A DNA stretch of 64,000 nt from Rickettsiales bacterium (GTDB lineage: Bacteria; Pseudomonadota; Alphaproteobacteria; Rickettsiales; JABSSG01), in contig JABSSG010000014.1 of the NCBI GenBank assembly GCA_013214525.1, positions 169,503 to 233,502 of the forward strand, written 5' to 3'. Positions within the stretch are counted from its first letter, which is position 1; the number at the start of each line of letters is the position of its first letter. This document shows, one piece after another, positions 29,162-38,998 of the stretch. The position numbers and the translations under genes were made by a program. The notes under the pieces are model-generated. The model saw only the letters and a program-made list of their open reading frames with translations. It was not told where the DNA came from and did not search any database.

Positions 29162-30604
29162 TTAGCGAACAAAGATGTTTAAGAAAAATAATGAGAGAAT
29201 TCCAATAATTATATTGGCACTTGTAAGAGATGATACAATAGCTGTTTCGATAAAGGTTGTTTTTCTAAAAGATAATTCTATAGGAGGCTTTGTATTAAAC
29301 ACTAAAGCATTAATTATTTTGGCTAAATAAATAAAAGTAAGTATGGAAGCACAAGTTACTGCAATGAAAGCAAACCAAGATTTATTGTGAATCAAATCTA
29401 TGAATAATGCAAATTTAGGAAGAAATCTTATTGTTAATGGAAATCCGATGAGACTCAAAGAATTAATAATGAATAAAATTACATAAAATGGTTTTTCATG
29501 AATAAGGTTTCCTAAATTATCAAGACTATAGCCACTTCTTATTTCTCCAAAACTTACGGTTAACATGAATAAAGTTAGAGCTGTTATGCAATAGCTGAGT
29601 AATTGTAGTGCTATAAGCAAGAAAGAGAATTTATATTCAAGTCCCATTAAGATAAAGACATAACCAACTTGAACTAACCCTGATAATGCAAGAATTGTTC
29701 GTATATTTGTAGAATATACAGCACGTATTGCACAAGCTAGCATAGCTATTACTCCAGCAGGTAACAGTAGATATCTTATGATTGATAAATTAAATAATCC
29801 AAGATAAAAGAGCTTTGCAAAAATGAATAAATAAATTTTATTAGATGATGCTCCTAAAAAAGGTAATATGAATTTATTTGTTTCTTTATATATTTTTAAA
29901 ACCCAATTATGTAATGGAAATAATGCGGATTTTATTAGCAATCCTACAGCAATTAAGCATACTCCTAGATGGACAGTTTTTAGATATTTAATAGACTGAA
30001 ATTTATTCAAAAAGTGACTGATATTTAATGTGCCAGAAGCACTATATAAATACCCTACTCCTATTAGGAAAAAACTAGCAGCAACACCACCTATGATTAA
30101 ATAATAAAATGCTGCGATTAATGAATTTCTATTAGTGGAGTTCCATGAAACTAAAGTATAGGTTGCAAGAGAGTTTATTTCTATAAAGACGTAAAAACTA
30201 AAGAAATCATTGGTCATAATAATGCCATATAATCCAAAAATGCATATCAAAAATAAAGCATAGAATATTGGTATGCGTGCATGTTCTATTTCAGTTTTTA
30301 TAAGGTCTTTTCCATAGAGAAAACAACATAATGCAGCTACTGAAATTAGAGTTATGAAAAGCTCTCCGTAATAATTGATTTTAAATTCTATGCCAAAAGG
30401 GGCTGACCATCCGCCGAAGCTATAACTGTATTCATTTATCTGAAAAACAAGTAATAATGTAGATAATGAAGCTGCACATAATGAAACTAATACGCAACAA
30501 GTAATTATATTAGCTAATTTTAGATTATTTCTGGAGAGCACATTTAGTAATGCTCCAAATATTGGAATTATAATGTGCAAAGCTATTAAGTTTGTAAAGG
30601 TCAT
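29162..30604 (-). CDS. mrpD: Mrp/Mnh Na+/H+ antiporter subunit D
   Basis: GGWSAPFGIE, DFFSFYVFIEI, GTLNI, KSALFPLHNW; highly hydrophobic. Confidence 0.9.
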   Translation of the reverse strand: MTFTNLIALHIIIPIFGALLNVLSRNNLKLANIITCCVLVSLCAASLSTLLLVFQINEYSYSFGGWSAPFGIEFKINYYGELFITLISVAALCCFLYGKDLIKTEIEHARIPIFYALFLICIFGLYGIIMTNDFFSFYVFIEINSLATYTLVSWNSTNRNSLIAAFYYLIIGGVAASFFLIGVGYLYSASGTLNISHFLNKFQSIKYLKTVHLGVCLIAVGLLIKSALFPLHNWVLKIYKETNKFILPFLGASSNKIYLFIFAKLFYLGLFNLSIIRYLLLPAGVIAMLACAIRAVYSTNIRTILALSGLVQVGYVFILMGLEYKFSFLLIALQLLSYCITALTLFMLTVSFGEIRSGYSLDNLGNLIHEKPFYVILFIINSLSLIGFPLTIRFLPKFALFIDLIHNKSWFAFIAVTCASILTFIYLAKIINALVFNTKPPIELSFRKTTFIETAIVSSLTSANIIIGILSLFFLNIFVR

Positions 30605-30605
30605 T

Positions 30606-30971
30606 TTACTTTAATTCTAGTTCAATTAATTTTTGCTCTTCTATCGTTTTAAAGTTTTTTTTAATTTTGATGAGAATAGCAAGCCCAACTGACATGGTTG
30701 CAACCCCTACTACTATTGCAGTTAACATCAGCACTTGAGGTAATGGGTCAACAATATCTCCACATTCATTCAAGTCAAAACATTCTAAAGCAGGTACTTT
30801 GCCATTATGTATCTTTCCTAAAGTAATGAAAAAGAGAATTGTACCTACTTGTAAAAGGTTCAAACATAGTAGTTTTTTGAAGTAATTTTTATTGATAATT
30901 ATTCCCCAAAAAGCAACACAGATAATTGCTAAGCATAAGAAATATGCACCATGAGTTAAAATAATAGTCAT
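30606..30971 (-). CDS. mrpC: Mrp antiporter subunit C
   Basis: DPLPQVLMLTAIVVG. The start at 30971 overlaps the mrpB stop (ATGA). Confidence 0.92.
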   Translation of the reverse strand: MTIILTHGAYFLCLAIICVAFWGIIINKNYFKKLLCLNLLQVGTILFFITLGKIHNGKVPALECFDLNECGDIVDPLPQVLMLTAIVVGVATMSVGLAILIKIKKNFKTIEEQKLIELELK

Positions 30972-31408
30972 TTTTTTATCTTTTCTATCTGGATAAAGGA
31001 ATAATAGATAATACAAATTGTTGAAAATACAGCGAAACCAACACCAAGTTCAACTAAAAAAATACCTATTTCTTGAGCATGAATAAATTTATTGTCGAAT
31101 ATGGTATAATCTAAAAAATTTTTTTGTAACATGCTCGAGATTGCACCAGTTATTAGGTAAAATGCCATTCCTAAACATGCAAAATTTAGTAAGAAATTAA
31201 ATGGTATAATTTTTAAAGTTGAAGAAGCTCCAAATATAATACTATGCAAAATTAAACCTGAAGCCATGATAACACCTGCTTGAAAGCCGCCACCAGGAGA
31301 ATCACTGCTGTTTATTTGTATATAAATGCCGAAAGCAAAAATAAATGGTAGCAAAAATCTTGTAACATAAATTACTATTATGCTTTGTAATGGATAGTCT
31401 TTTCTCAT
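30968..31408 (-). CDS. mrpB: Mrp antiporter subunit B
   Basis: SPGGGFQAG and ELGVG. Confidence 0.92.
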   Translation of the reverse strand: MRKDYPLQSIIVIYVTRFLLPFIFAFGIYIQINSSDSPGGGFQAGVIMASGLILHSIIFGASSTLKIIPFNFLLNFACLGMAFYLITGAISSMLQKNFLDYTIFDNKFIHAQEIGIFLVELGVGFAVFSTICIIYYSFIQIEKIKK

Positions 31409-31956
31409 TTGGTTTTATTATTTAAAATTGAGTAACCGAATATGAAGAACACAGAAATACCTGCTGTAAATATTACCAATGTTTCGCAAAGAGTATCCAT
31501 GCCTCGATAACTGGCTAAAATTCCTGTTACGAGTGATCTCATGCCGATATCTCTTTCTATATTAAGAATATAATGACGACTGACTCCATCTTTTATAATC
31601 GCAGAGGGATCTCCATATTGATGAAGGTCTATGGAACAATAACACATAGCAATAAACATGATACAACATGCTAATCCACTTATCATTAATTGTTTTTTTG
31701 TAGTAGAAAATAAATTAGCAGTAGGAGAGAGAAGTCTAATGCTAATTAGAATTATACATGTGCTGGCACATGCTCCAACTGCGGCTTCAGTAAGTGCCAC
31801 ATCTGGTGCTAGCATCACTAAATAAGTAGTAGCAGCTAGTACACTAATGAGTGCAACTATAATTGTTGATCTCATGTAATCAATAGCAAATACAAGTACC
31901 ATTGAAAGAAATAGGATTAAAGCTAACAAAGTCATATCTATATATGGAGATATCAT
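31405..31956 (-). CDS. Mrp antiporter DUF4040/MnhB-associated subunit
   Basis: APDVALTEAAVGA and VTGILASYRGMDTLCET. Confidence 0.88.
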   Translation of the reverse strand: MISPYIDMTLLALILFLSMVLVFAIDYMRSTIIVALISVLAATTYLVMLAPDVALTEAAVGACASTCIILISIRLLSPTANLFSTTKKQLMISGLACCIMFIAMCYCSIDLHQYGDPSAIIKDGVSRHYILNIERDIGMRSLVTGILASYRGMDTLCETLVIFTAGISVFFIFGYSILNNKTK

Positions 31957-32309
31957 TTTGATTCCTCAACTTCATTGATTGAAACAGGTGTTTTAATATT
32001 ACTAAAGGGTTTAATTTTATTTTTTATGCCAGATCTTATTAATGCATGGGTAGAAAATGGATTAACAAACAATAAAATCACAATAATGAAAAAGATTTTT
32101 AGAGAGGTAAAGTTAAAACCATTAATGAGGATTAATCCTGTTAAAGAGATAGGGACACCTAGTGAATCACTTACACTTAAAGCATGTAGTTTTGTGTAAA
32201 GATCAGGAAAACGGATACATCCTATTGCTCCTGTGATGCTTATTAAGATACCGATAAATATAAATGTCCAACCAAGATAAAGAGTGATTACTTTTAAAAT
32301 TTCTAGCAT
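31953..32309 (-). CDS. mrpG: Mrp antiporter subunit G
   Basis: GCIRFPDLYTKLHA and P.STHAL. Confidence 0.92.
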   Translation of the reverse strand: MLEILKVITLYLGWTFIFIGILISITGAIGCIRFPDLYTKLHALSVSDSLGVPISLTGLILINGFNFTSLKIFFIIVILLFVNPFSTHALIRSGIKNKIKPFSNIKTPVSINEVEESK

Positions 32310-32569
32310 TTATCGTTCTTATAATATTTCAGTACTGCTACGCTTACTACAAAGCTAACAAGTGCGTATATTAAAGCAACATCTACATAGCTTGATTTAT
32401 TGTTATCAAAAACTACAAGAGAGCATATGAAAACAATTACGTAAGATGTAATTACATTTACAGAAATAAATTGAATTAGTTTTTGTTTTGTTCGTAACAA
32501 ATTGTAAAGCATTAATGCTGTGGCAATACCAATTAAGCAAAATAGAATTATTTGTACTGTTTCTATCAT
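32303..32569 (-). CDS. mrpF: Mrp antiporter subunit F
   Basis: YVDVALIYALVSFV; three TM segments; operon position. Confidence 0.88.
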   Translation of the reverse strand: MIETVQIILFCLIGIATALMLYNLLRTKQKLIQFISVNVITSYVIVFICSLVVFDNNKSSYVDVALIYALVSFVVSVAVLKYYKNDKC

Positions 32570-33024
32570 GATTGGCTTTTTATTATTTTTGAGTCTAAAT
32601 CTCTACAGCCATCGATACATTCAGCATCAATTGCATGTATCATAACTGTATTTTGAGTAATATCAATTGTGATTGTGCCTGGCGTTAGAGTGATTGAGTT
32701 GCCAAATAATACTTTGGCTTCATCTGTTTTTTGTTTAGTAGTAATTTTTGTAGTTACTGGGCGAAGATCTGATCTTTTTCTGAAAAAAATAGCTTTACAG
32801 ACACTGATTGTAGAAAAGAATATTTCTTTCAGAAGCTGCATTAAATAAATAAAAAATTTGTGATTGATTTTTATCCCTATTTTATTGTATCTTTCATTTT
32901 TACATAAGAAATGTGATAAAGTTATACTAGCGACTGCTATGACAGTAGCAATTAATACAGATACTAGTTGATGACTTCCTCCCATCACTACTACAAATAA
33001 TATTAGTGCGAATAATTTAATCAT
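32566..33024 (-). CDS. mrpE: Mrp antiporter subunit E
   Basis: NSITLTPGTITIDI and IHAI. Confidence 0.92.
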   Translation of the reverse strand: MIKLFALILFVVVMGGSHQLVSVLIATVIAVASITLSHFLCKNERYNKIGIKINHKFFIYLMQLLKEIFFSTISVCKAIFFRKRSDLRPVTTKITTKQKTDEAKVLFGNSITLTPGTITIDITQNTVMIHAIDAECIDGCRDLDSKIIKSQS

Positions 33025-33254
33025 GATTAGTTAACTTAGATGCTGATTTATTATAAATCAATAAAATCTTCAGGTAATTCAAGAGAAAATTATTTAATTT
33101 ATCTTTGTTAGTTATTCAATTGTATCTGCCTATAGTTGACAATTAATAGGGTACAGTGTAAATAACTAATATAACTTAGTAAGTCTATTCTTATTCGTGT
33201 AAAAACTAGATGGGTGTTTTTCTAGTATAATGTAAATAACAAAGAGTAAGTTTT

Positions 33255-33959
33255 GTGAGTAGTTTAGTTCTATTAATAGTCATTGAGTTGGTTATTTTAA
33301 TGCTGTGTGTAAATATAGGATATGCTAGCGGTTTTGATGATAGATATTTTGAGAAGACGACAAAAGATGTCTTTAGAAGAGTATATTTAAAGTTTGGTAG
33401 TAGTATTATACGTTACAAGCCTTTTAAAGGAGAAGGGGGGTATGATAAGGGATCCCCTAAAGAGGTATCTTCTTATAATATAGGAATAGGGTACAAGTTT
33501 ACTAATGCAATAAAAACTGATGTAAATTTACTGTTTAATGTAGCTGAATATAAGAGTACTACGGATATTGGGTATGCAATTGTTAATATCAAACAACGAA
33601 TTAGGATGATTTCTAGTTTTATTAATGGTTATTATGATGTTGCACTTAGCAAATATATTATACCATATTTAACAGCGGGAGTTGGTGTAGGAAAAAATAA
33701 AGCAGGGGATTTAAAATGGTTTATTAAAGATTTTGGATTTGAAGAGTCTTTCAAAGGTAGAACAGTTACAAATCTTATTTGGAATGTTGGTATAGGGATT
33801 AAATATTCCTTAAGCAAAGATTTTGTTCTAGATCTGGGGTATAGATATATGGATTTAGGGAACATAAGTACTAATGATTCTTCAGCATTGGAAATTAGAG
33901 GGGTTAAGCAAAAAATGAGAGGATATCAGATTCTAGGTTCTTTGATTTATAATTTTTAA
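33255..33959 (+). CDS. Outer membrane beta-barrel protein (8-stranded OmpA-like/opacity type)
   Basis: Signal peptide, NGYYD, PYLTAGVG, WNVGIG, LDLGYRYMDLG and terminal YNF. Confidence 0.85.
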   Translation: MSSLVLLIVIELVILMLCVNIGYASGFDDRYFEKTTKDVFRRVYLKFGSSIIRYKPFKGEGGYDKGSPKEVSSYNIGIGYKFTNAIKTDVNLLFNVAEYKSTTDIGYAIVNIKQRIRMISSFINGYYDVALSKYIIPYLTAGVGVGKNKAGDLKWFIKDFGFEESFKGRTVTNLIWNVGIGIKYSLSKDFVLDLGYRYMDLGNISTNDSSALEIRGVKQKMRGYQILGSLIYNF

Positions 33960-33984
33960 TTTAATATAATAAGGTGATATTATT

Positions 33985-34500
33985 ATGAATTTGACTAATA
34001 TGGTAAAAATTTTACATGAACAAGCTATTGACGTTGCTAAAAACAATAAGTTAAACAAAAATGAAACTATAAAAAAAATGTTTAACGACGGTATAAATTT
34101 TGCTGGTAAATCGTATAAAATTAGCGATGAGGGATATAAAACAAGTTCTGATTCTAAAGTTAAAGCCATTTTTAAACTTTTGAATGGTCTAGATAATTCA
34201 TATTTTTGTACATCCTCTGCAGCTGTAGATACAAAAGTTGATATATGTAAAGAAGATATGGATGATGAAAAAGTTTCTGATGGAGTTATGACTTTTATGG
34301 GTGAAGATGCTGATTTTGATTATTTTTCTTCATGTCCTACCATTGATCATAATGGCAATTTAGAGCATGTAGGTCGTGAGTATTTTGTATGTAAATGTGA
34401 GGGGCAGAGTTTTACTTGTAACACAGAGTCATTGCTAGGAGAAATTACTTATAAACCGTTTGAGTCTGGAAAAGACTGTTCTATTGTATGTGCTGAATAA
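33985..34500 (+). CDS. Orphan protein with shared N-terminal module and Cys-rich C-terminus
   Basis: The N-terminal ~70 aa are homologous to 34561; AAGGTG RBS. Confidence 0.75.
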   Translation: MNLTNMVKILHEQAIDVAKNNKLNKNETIKKMFNDGINFAGKSYKISDEGYKTSSDSKVKAIFKLLNGLDNSYFCTSSAAVDTKVDICKEDMDDEKVSDGVMTFMGEDADFDYFSSCPTIDHNGNLEHVGREYFVCKCEGQSFTCNTESLLGEITYKPFESGKDCSIVCAE

Positions 34501-34517
34501 TCTCAGTATAAATACTT

Positions 34518-34538
34518 TCTTGCATAAATTATGCAAGA
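34518..34538. repeat. Perfect hairpin between the two paralogs
   Basis: tcttgcata-aat-tatgcaaga. Confidence 0.6.
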
Positions 34539-34560
34539 GGGTGTTTAAAATATATTAATT

Positions 34561-35529
34561 ATGACGAATTTAACTCATAAGGTATATCAACTACACCAGA
34601 AGGCTATTGATGTAGCTGTAGCTTTTCATCTTGATAAAGATGCAGTAATTAAAAAAATGTTTCAGGATGGAATAGTATTTGGAGGAAAGAAATATACAGA
34701 ATTTGACTTGTTTACGCCTCAAGGTCAGGCTATTTTTCATCTTCTTGACGGAATGGAAGAAAAACATTTTGTAACAGAGTGTAAAGAGAGAACTCAAGAT
34801 GATATTGAGATAAGTAGTAGAGTTACAGATGATGAAATTGCTGAATTAGTAGTGAGCCAGCTAGTAGGATATCAAGGAATTCATAGAAATGATTCTAGAG
34901 ATCATAATCAGAATGAAGACTCGGAGTCATCATCTTGGGGATGGGGATATATAATGCTAGGAGCAAGTATATTATTAGGGGCTGGTCTTTTCTTAACTAG
35001 GTGTGTACATCCTATGCAGAGAAGGAAATGTATGAAGAGTGTACATGATGGTATGATTAAAACTATAACGATGACAACTAGTGTAATTGGTGAGCTTACT
35101 AAAGATGATGATGAATTTGCAGGAGTTGCATCTGGTGGTGGTTATGAAGAAAATATTGTTCTTAATGATGATCATTGCTTTGATGGCTACAAAGGTGATT
35201 TTGAATATGACTATGAGACAATGTCAAAAATATCGGAAAGGGGTATTCTTATGTATCAAAATGCAGAAAAAGCTTTGGTAGAACCACTGAAATTACTAGC
35301 ATCACTTAACAAGCAAATGGGGGCGAGCGAAGAAGCATATACTCATGATGGCATACACTCGGTACAGACTATTGATGGTGATGATTCAGGAGGTTTTGTA
35401 TCTTACTATCATCACAATAGTGATAATAATTATATGTCCTACTATGGGCATAGTGATAGTTTTAGCTCTGGATATAATTCAGATGGTTTTGGGATGGAAG
35501 GCTTAGGTATATGGGGAGCAGGTTATTAG
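34561..35529 (+). CDS. Orphan protein with shared N-terminal module, one TM segment and acidic Gly/Ser/Tyr-rich tail
   Basis: LHQKAIDVA...IKKMFQDGI.FGGK.Y...AIFHLLDG is shared with 33985; TM segment WGWGYIMLGASILLGAGLFL. Confidence 0.75.
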   Translation: MTNLTHKVYQLHQKAIDVAVAFHLDKDAVIKKMFQDGIVFGGKKYTEFDLFTPQGQAIFHLLDGMEEKHFVTECKERTQDDIEISSRVTDDEIAELVVSQLVGYQGIHRNDSRDHNQNEDSESSSWGWGYIMLGASILLGAGLFLTRCVHPMQRRKCMKSVHDGMIKTITMTTSVIGELTKDDDEFAGVASGGGYEENIVLNDDHCFDGYKGDFEYDYETMSKISERGILMYQNAEKALVEPLKLLASLNKQMGASEEAYTHDGIHSVQTIDGDDSGGFVSYYHHNSDNNYMSYYGHSDSFSSGYNSDGFGMEGLGIWGAGY

Positions 35530-35534
35530 TATTT

Positions 35535-38090
35535 TCAGTTCTTATCATCCTTTTTTTTCTTTATAGATTTTTTTATAGTAGCGGCTCTTTTTTTCAATAT
35601 CCATTTTCCTTCATTTTTTGTTGTTTTTTTGTTTTTATTAGCTGTATTACTAGAATCTTCTTGTAGAGTATCTAAGAGTTCATCTAATTTAGAAATTTTC
35701 TTTTCCATTTGATCCAGTGCTTCAAGACTATTAATGGCAATTTTTTCGAGTCTATCTATTCTGAATTTTAATTGTTCTTGTGAGGAAGTATTTTCTGATT
35801 CTTCTAGGTATTCTTCTTCGTTATCAAAGTTATTTGTTAGAGTATCATTATTATTGTTTGTTATATCATTCTCAATAACCTTTTCTTCTTCTGATAGTTT
35901 TGGAGTTGGTTCTTCTATATGAGTAGAATTATTAACCTTATCTGTTGGTGAAGTGTTACTTTCCTTATTTTTTGTTTTTATATTATCTAATTCCTCGTTT
36001 TTTATGGGCTTGGGAGTAGTTATATCTTGGCTATCAGGTTTTTCTAAAGTTTCTGTTTTTAAGTTAGGTATTTCTTTGCTATCATCTTCCTCTGTAGCTT
36101 GACTAGTATTTAATTCTTCAAGATTATTTATTTCATCATTATCTTCTTGAGAGAATTGAGTTGCAGTTGGTTCTGTAGTTTCATTTTTGGTTTGGGCATT
36201 TAGATTGTTTTGATCTTCTTCAATTTCAGTTGATTTTGATATGCTTGTATCTTCACTAGTTTCATTTAATTCGATATTATCTAATTCTTCTTCATTTTTT
36301 ATTGGGTCAGATATATTAATGTCTGGTGGAGTTGAGTCTTCCTTAGTTTCATTTGGGTCATTAGTGCTTTCTGAGGGTTCTGTTAATTCAGTAATTTTCT
36401 CTTTATTATCCTCTTCTTTTATAATTTGATCAGTATCTGATTCCTCATGATTATTTGTTATATTCTTATCTTCTTGAAGGGGTTGAATGTTTGGGGTTGT
36501 TTTATTTTCTACAGGATTGAGCTGTTCTGGTATATCAGTAACATCTACAGGGACTGGTTTTTCGTTGATTTGATCTAATTTGTTAGTAGTATCTGTAGTT
36601 TCAGGTATTTCGTTATCAAGATCTTCAGTTTCAGAAAATGAATTAGTATGTGTTTGTTCCTTAGTATTTTCTTTTTCTGGTACTTCTTTTTTATTTATAT
36701 TGTCTTTCACAGGTGAAATATCATCTTCTTTTGCAGTTGCGTTTTCTGTTTCTGTTGATGGAGAGGTTGCTGTTGTTTTGTTTTTATTTTCAGTTGGTGC
36801 AGTTTTTGCTGTTGTAGTTGTATTATCTTGAGAGGATGGAGTATTTCCTTTTTGATGGTTTGCAATAAAAGTTTCTATGTCTTCTTTAGACATAGCTGTG
36901 CCAATGGCGGTTGGATCGGGAATCCTCAGATCAAAATTAGTGTTTCTAGTTGTCAATTTTATGGCTTCAATCATTTTATGAGAAAGAGCAGAGACGCCTT
37001 TGGAAGAGTAAAAATATAAGCATGGATGCCCATCTTGAAACTCAACAATATCGTATGAATCACTGATGAATCTGCCACTATCTGGTTCTTTTCTATTTAG
37101 ACAAATTGCAAATCTACCAATAATATTTCCTTCTACAGAGAATGTGTGTTGAGTTGTATTTGTATTGAAGGAATCTTTCAAATATCCAGATTTAAATATG
37201 TAACAAGATGTTTCTTCATCTATTCGTACTAGTTCAGGTTTTGTGTATTGATCAGTCATAAATTCGGAAGCAATTTCATATGCACATATATCTTGATCTA
37301 CTACTAAAGTAGGTTCTAAATAATTACTGACGAAGTCTTTTTGTTTACTTGATTCTCTTTTCATTTCATATGCCTCATCTGCAGATAAATTTGCTAGATC
37401 ATCAAGATTTATGTCTGTAATTTTTTTAACTTTATATTCATTTTGATATCTATCACGTAAAACTTTCATAATTGGAGAACCACAAATTACATGGGTTTTA
37501 ATATTTGTCTCTAATTCTTTTTCAGAGGGAACAACAAACCAAGAATTGGCTCCAGTTGGTTTTTCTTTAATTGTTTGATTTTTTTCTTCTGTATCAGCAC
37601 TTGTTATTTTTTTGCCTTTATACCCTAATCGTTTATTATATTCTTCTGAGAGCTTATTTAACTGTTGGCCTATTTTGGGATTTAAACTTCTGCCAGAGCT
37701 TAATAGTTCTTGTTGTTTTTGTTGTATCTCAGTGATCTTTTCTTTTAATTGCATGTCTGTCCATGACGACAATTCTACTAATTCCTGATCTTCTGATATT
37801 TTTCCTGTTACTAAACCAAAACTAGATAATAGGTTATCAAGTTTTTTTTGTAGTTGCTCAGGGCTATCTTTATTTTGATCGTAGATTGCAATAATTTGTG
37901 ATATTATTTGAGGGGTTTTTTCTTTTGAAACAATTTCTCTGGAAAATAGTTTAACAATGCTTCCCAAAACATTGTCATAACGATCATCATTTTCATCAGT
38001 GATGCCAGTTATTGAGACTGTTGCAGAATCAAAATCACTTGATTCTATAGCTTTCATTATTTTTTCAGTAAGATCTGGCGGAGTATCCAT
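35535..38090 (-). CDS. Large orphan protein with an acidic low-complexity region and basic C-terminal tail
   Basis: 851-aa ORF with a globular-looking N-half, an E/T/N/D-rich C-half, a coiled coil and a Lys-rich end. Confidence 0.8.
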   Translation of the reverse strand: MDTPPDLTEKIMKAIESSDFDSATVSITGITDENDDRYDNVLGSIVKLFSREIVSKEKTPQIISQIIAIYDQNKDSPEQLQKKLDNLLSSFGLVTGKISEDQELVELSSWTDMQLKEKITEIQQKQQELLSSGRSLNPKIGQQLNKLSEEYNKRLGYKGKKITSADTEEKNQTIKEKPTGANSWFVVPSEKELETNIKTHVICGSPIMKVLRDRYQNEYKVKKITDINLDDLANLSADEAYEMKRESSKQKDFVSNYLEPTLVVDQDICAYEIASEFMTDQYTKPELVRIDEETSCYIFKSGYLKDSFNTNTTQHTFSVEGNIIGRFAICLNRKEPDSGRFISDSYDIVEFQDGHPCLYFYSSKGVSALSHKMIEAIKLTTRNTNFDLRIPDPTAIGTAMSKEDIETFIANHQKGNTPSSQDNTTTTAKTAPTENKNKTTATSPSTETENATAKEDDISPVKDNINKKEVPEKENTKEQTHTNSFSETEDLDNEIPETTDTTNKLDQINEKPVPVDVTDIPEQLNPVENKTTPNIQPLQEDKNITNNHEESDTDQIIKEEDNKEKITELTEPSESTNDPNETKEDSTPPDINISDPIKNEEELDNIELNETSEDTSISKSTEIEEDQNNLNAQTKNETTEPTATQFSQEDNDEINNLEELNTSQATEEDDSKEIPNLKTETLEKPDSQDITTPKPIKNEELDNIKTKNKESNTSPTDKVNNSTHIEEPTPKLSEEEKVIENDITNNNNDTLTNNFDNEEEYLEESENTSSQEQLKFRIDRLEKIAINSLEALDQMEKKISKLDELLDTLQEDSSNTANKNKKTTKNEGKWILKKRAATIKKSIKKKKDDKN

Positions 38091-38231
38091 AATTTGCTGT
38101 TACAATCTTGATTCTTTTAACCACAAGTTTAGCCTATCCATGAAAATAAATAAATCAACTAATGTACTCTGCAAGATAAATATTTTTTGATATGCAAATT
38201 TTATGTTAAAGACACATAAATTTTTATTGTA

Positions 38232-38394
38232 ATACCATTTTTCGTTAATAATTGATGTTTTAGGGTTCAAGATTTAATGACAGAATTAATTTCAAAAATA
38301 TTGCATAGCCATTGCTATACAAGACTTTTTTAAACGATGATAATGGCGTAAAGATTGAAATGATAAAAGGTCAATTATTAACGAAAAATGGTAT
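38232..38394. mobile_element. MITE, family 3: 163 bp with perfect 24-bp terminal inverted repeats
   Basis: ataccatttttcgttaataattga (38232-38255) is the exact reverse complement of tcaattattaacgaaaaatggtat (38371-38394); TA at both ends. Confidence 0.85.
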
Positions 38395-38419
38395 AAGTAG
38401 CAATTTTAAGAGAGCAGGA

Positions 38420-38998
38420 TTATTTTGTTGATCCTGCACTTACCATGACTAGAGCAGGTTTAATTAGCCTGTCTTCTATTAGATACCCAGCTCGTATTAT
38501 TTTTATAATAGAATTTTTAGGATATTTATCGTCTGGAGCTTGAGATAAAGCTTGGTGAAAATTATGATCAAAGATATCTCCAGCTTTTGGTTCAACACGT
38601 TTTACATTATGTTTTGATAGAACGCCCATAAGTTCTTTGCGAGTTAATTCAATTCCTTCTACAATTTTCTTTATCTTTTCGTTTTTTTTATCTTCTTCAC
38701 TGATATGTTCGGTAGATTGATATAGTGACTCAATAACGTTAACTAAATCTTTTATAACTGTGGATATAGAAAATTTCTTGGCCTCACTAACTTCTTTACT
38801 GTTTCTTTTTCGTAAATTTTCAGTTTCAGCATATGCTCTTAAGCATTGATCTTTGAGTTCTGTAACTTGTTGCTGTAGTTTTTTTAATTCTTCAGTGCTA
38901 GAGTTAAGTGATTTAGAATTATCTTTAGGAATGTTTCCTTTGGGATGATTTTCAGATTTTGTAGTTTCTTTTTGTGCTTGGTCGTGTTTTTTATCCAT
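38420..38998 (-). CDS. grpE: Nucleotide exchange factor GrpE
   Basis: LRAYAETENLRKR, FDHNFHQA, GYLIEDRLIKPALVMV. Confidence 0.96.
   Translation of the reverse strand: MDKKHDQAQKETTKSENHPKGNIPKDNSKSLNSSTEELKKLQQQVTELKDQCLRAYAETENLRKRNSKEVSEAKKFSISTVIKDLVNVIESLYQSTEHISEEDKKNEKIKKIVEGIELTRKELMGVLSKHNVKRVEPKAGDIFDHNFHQALSQAPDDKYPKNSIIKIIRAGYLIEDRLIKPALVMVSAGSTK

Noticed and set aside
29162-33024. Mrp operon lacking a full mrpA as a novel system
   Set aside because: The E-F-G-DUF4040-B-C-D arrangement is a known Mrp variant, and further subunits may lie elsewhere.
34486-34500. C-terminal IVCAE of the 33985 protein as a CaaX prenylation motif
   Set aside because: The Cys is third from the end, not fourth, so it does not fit CaaX.
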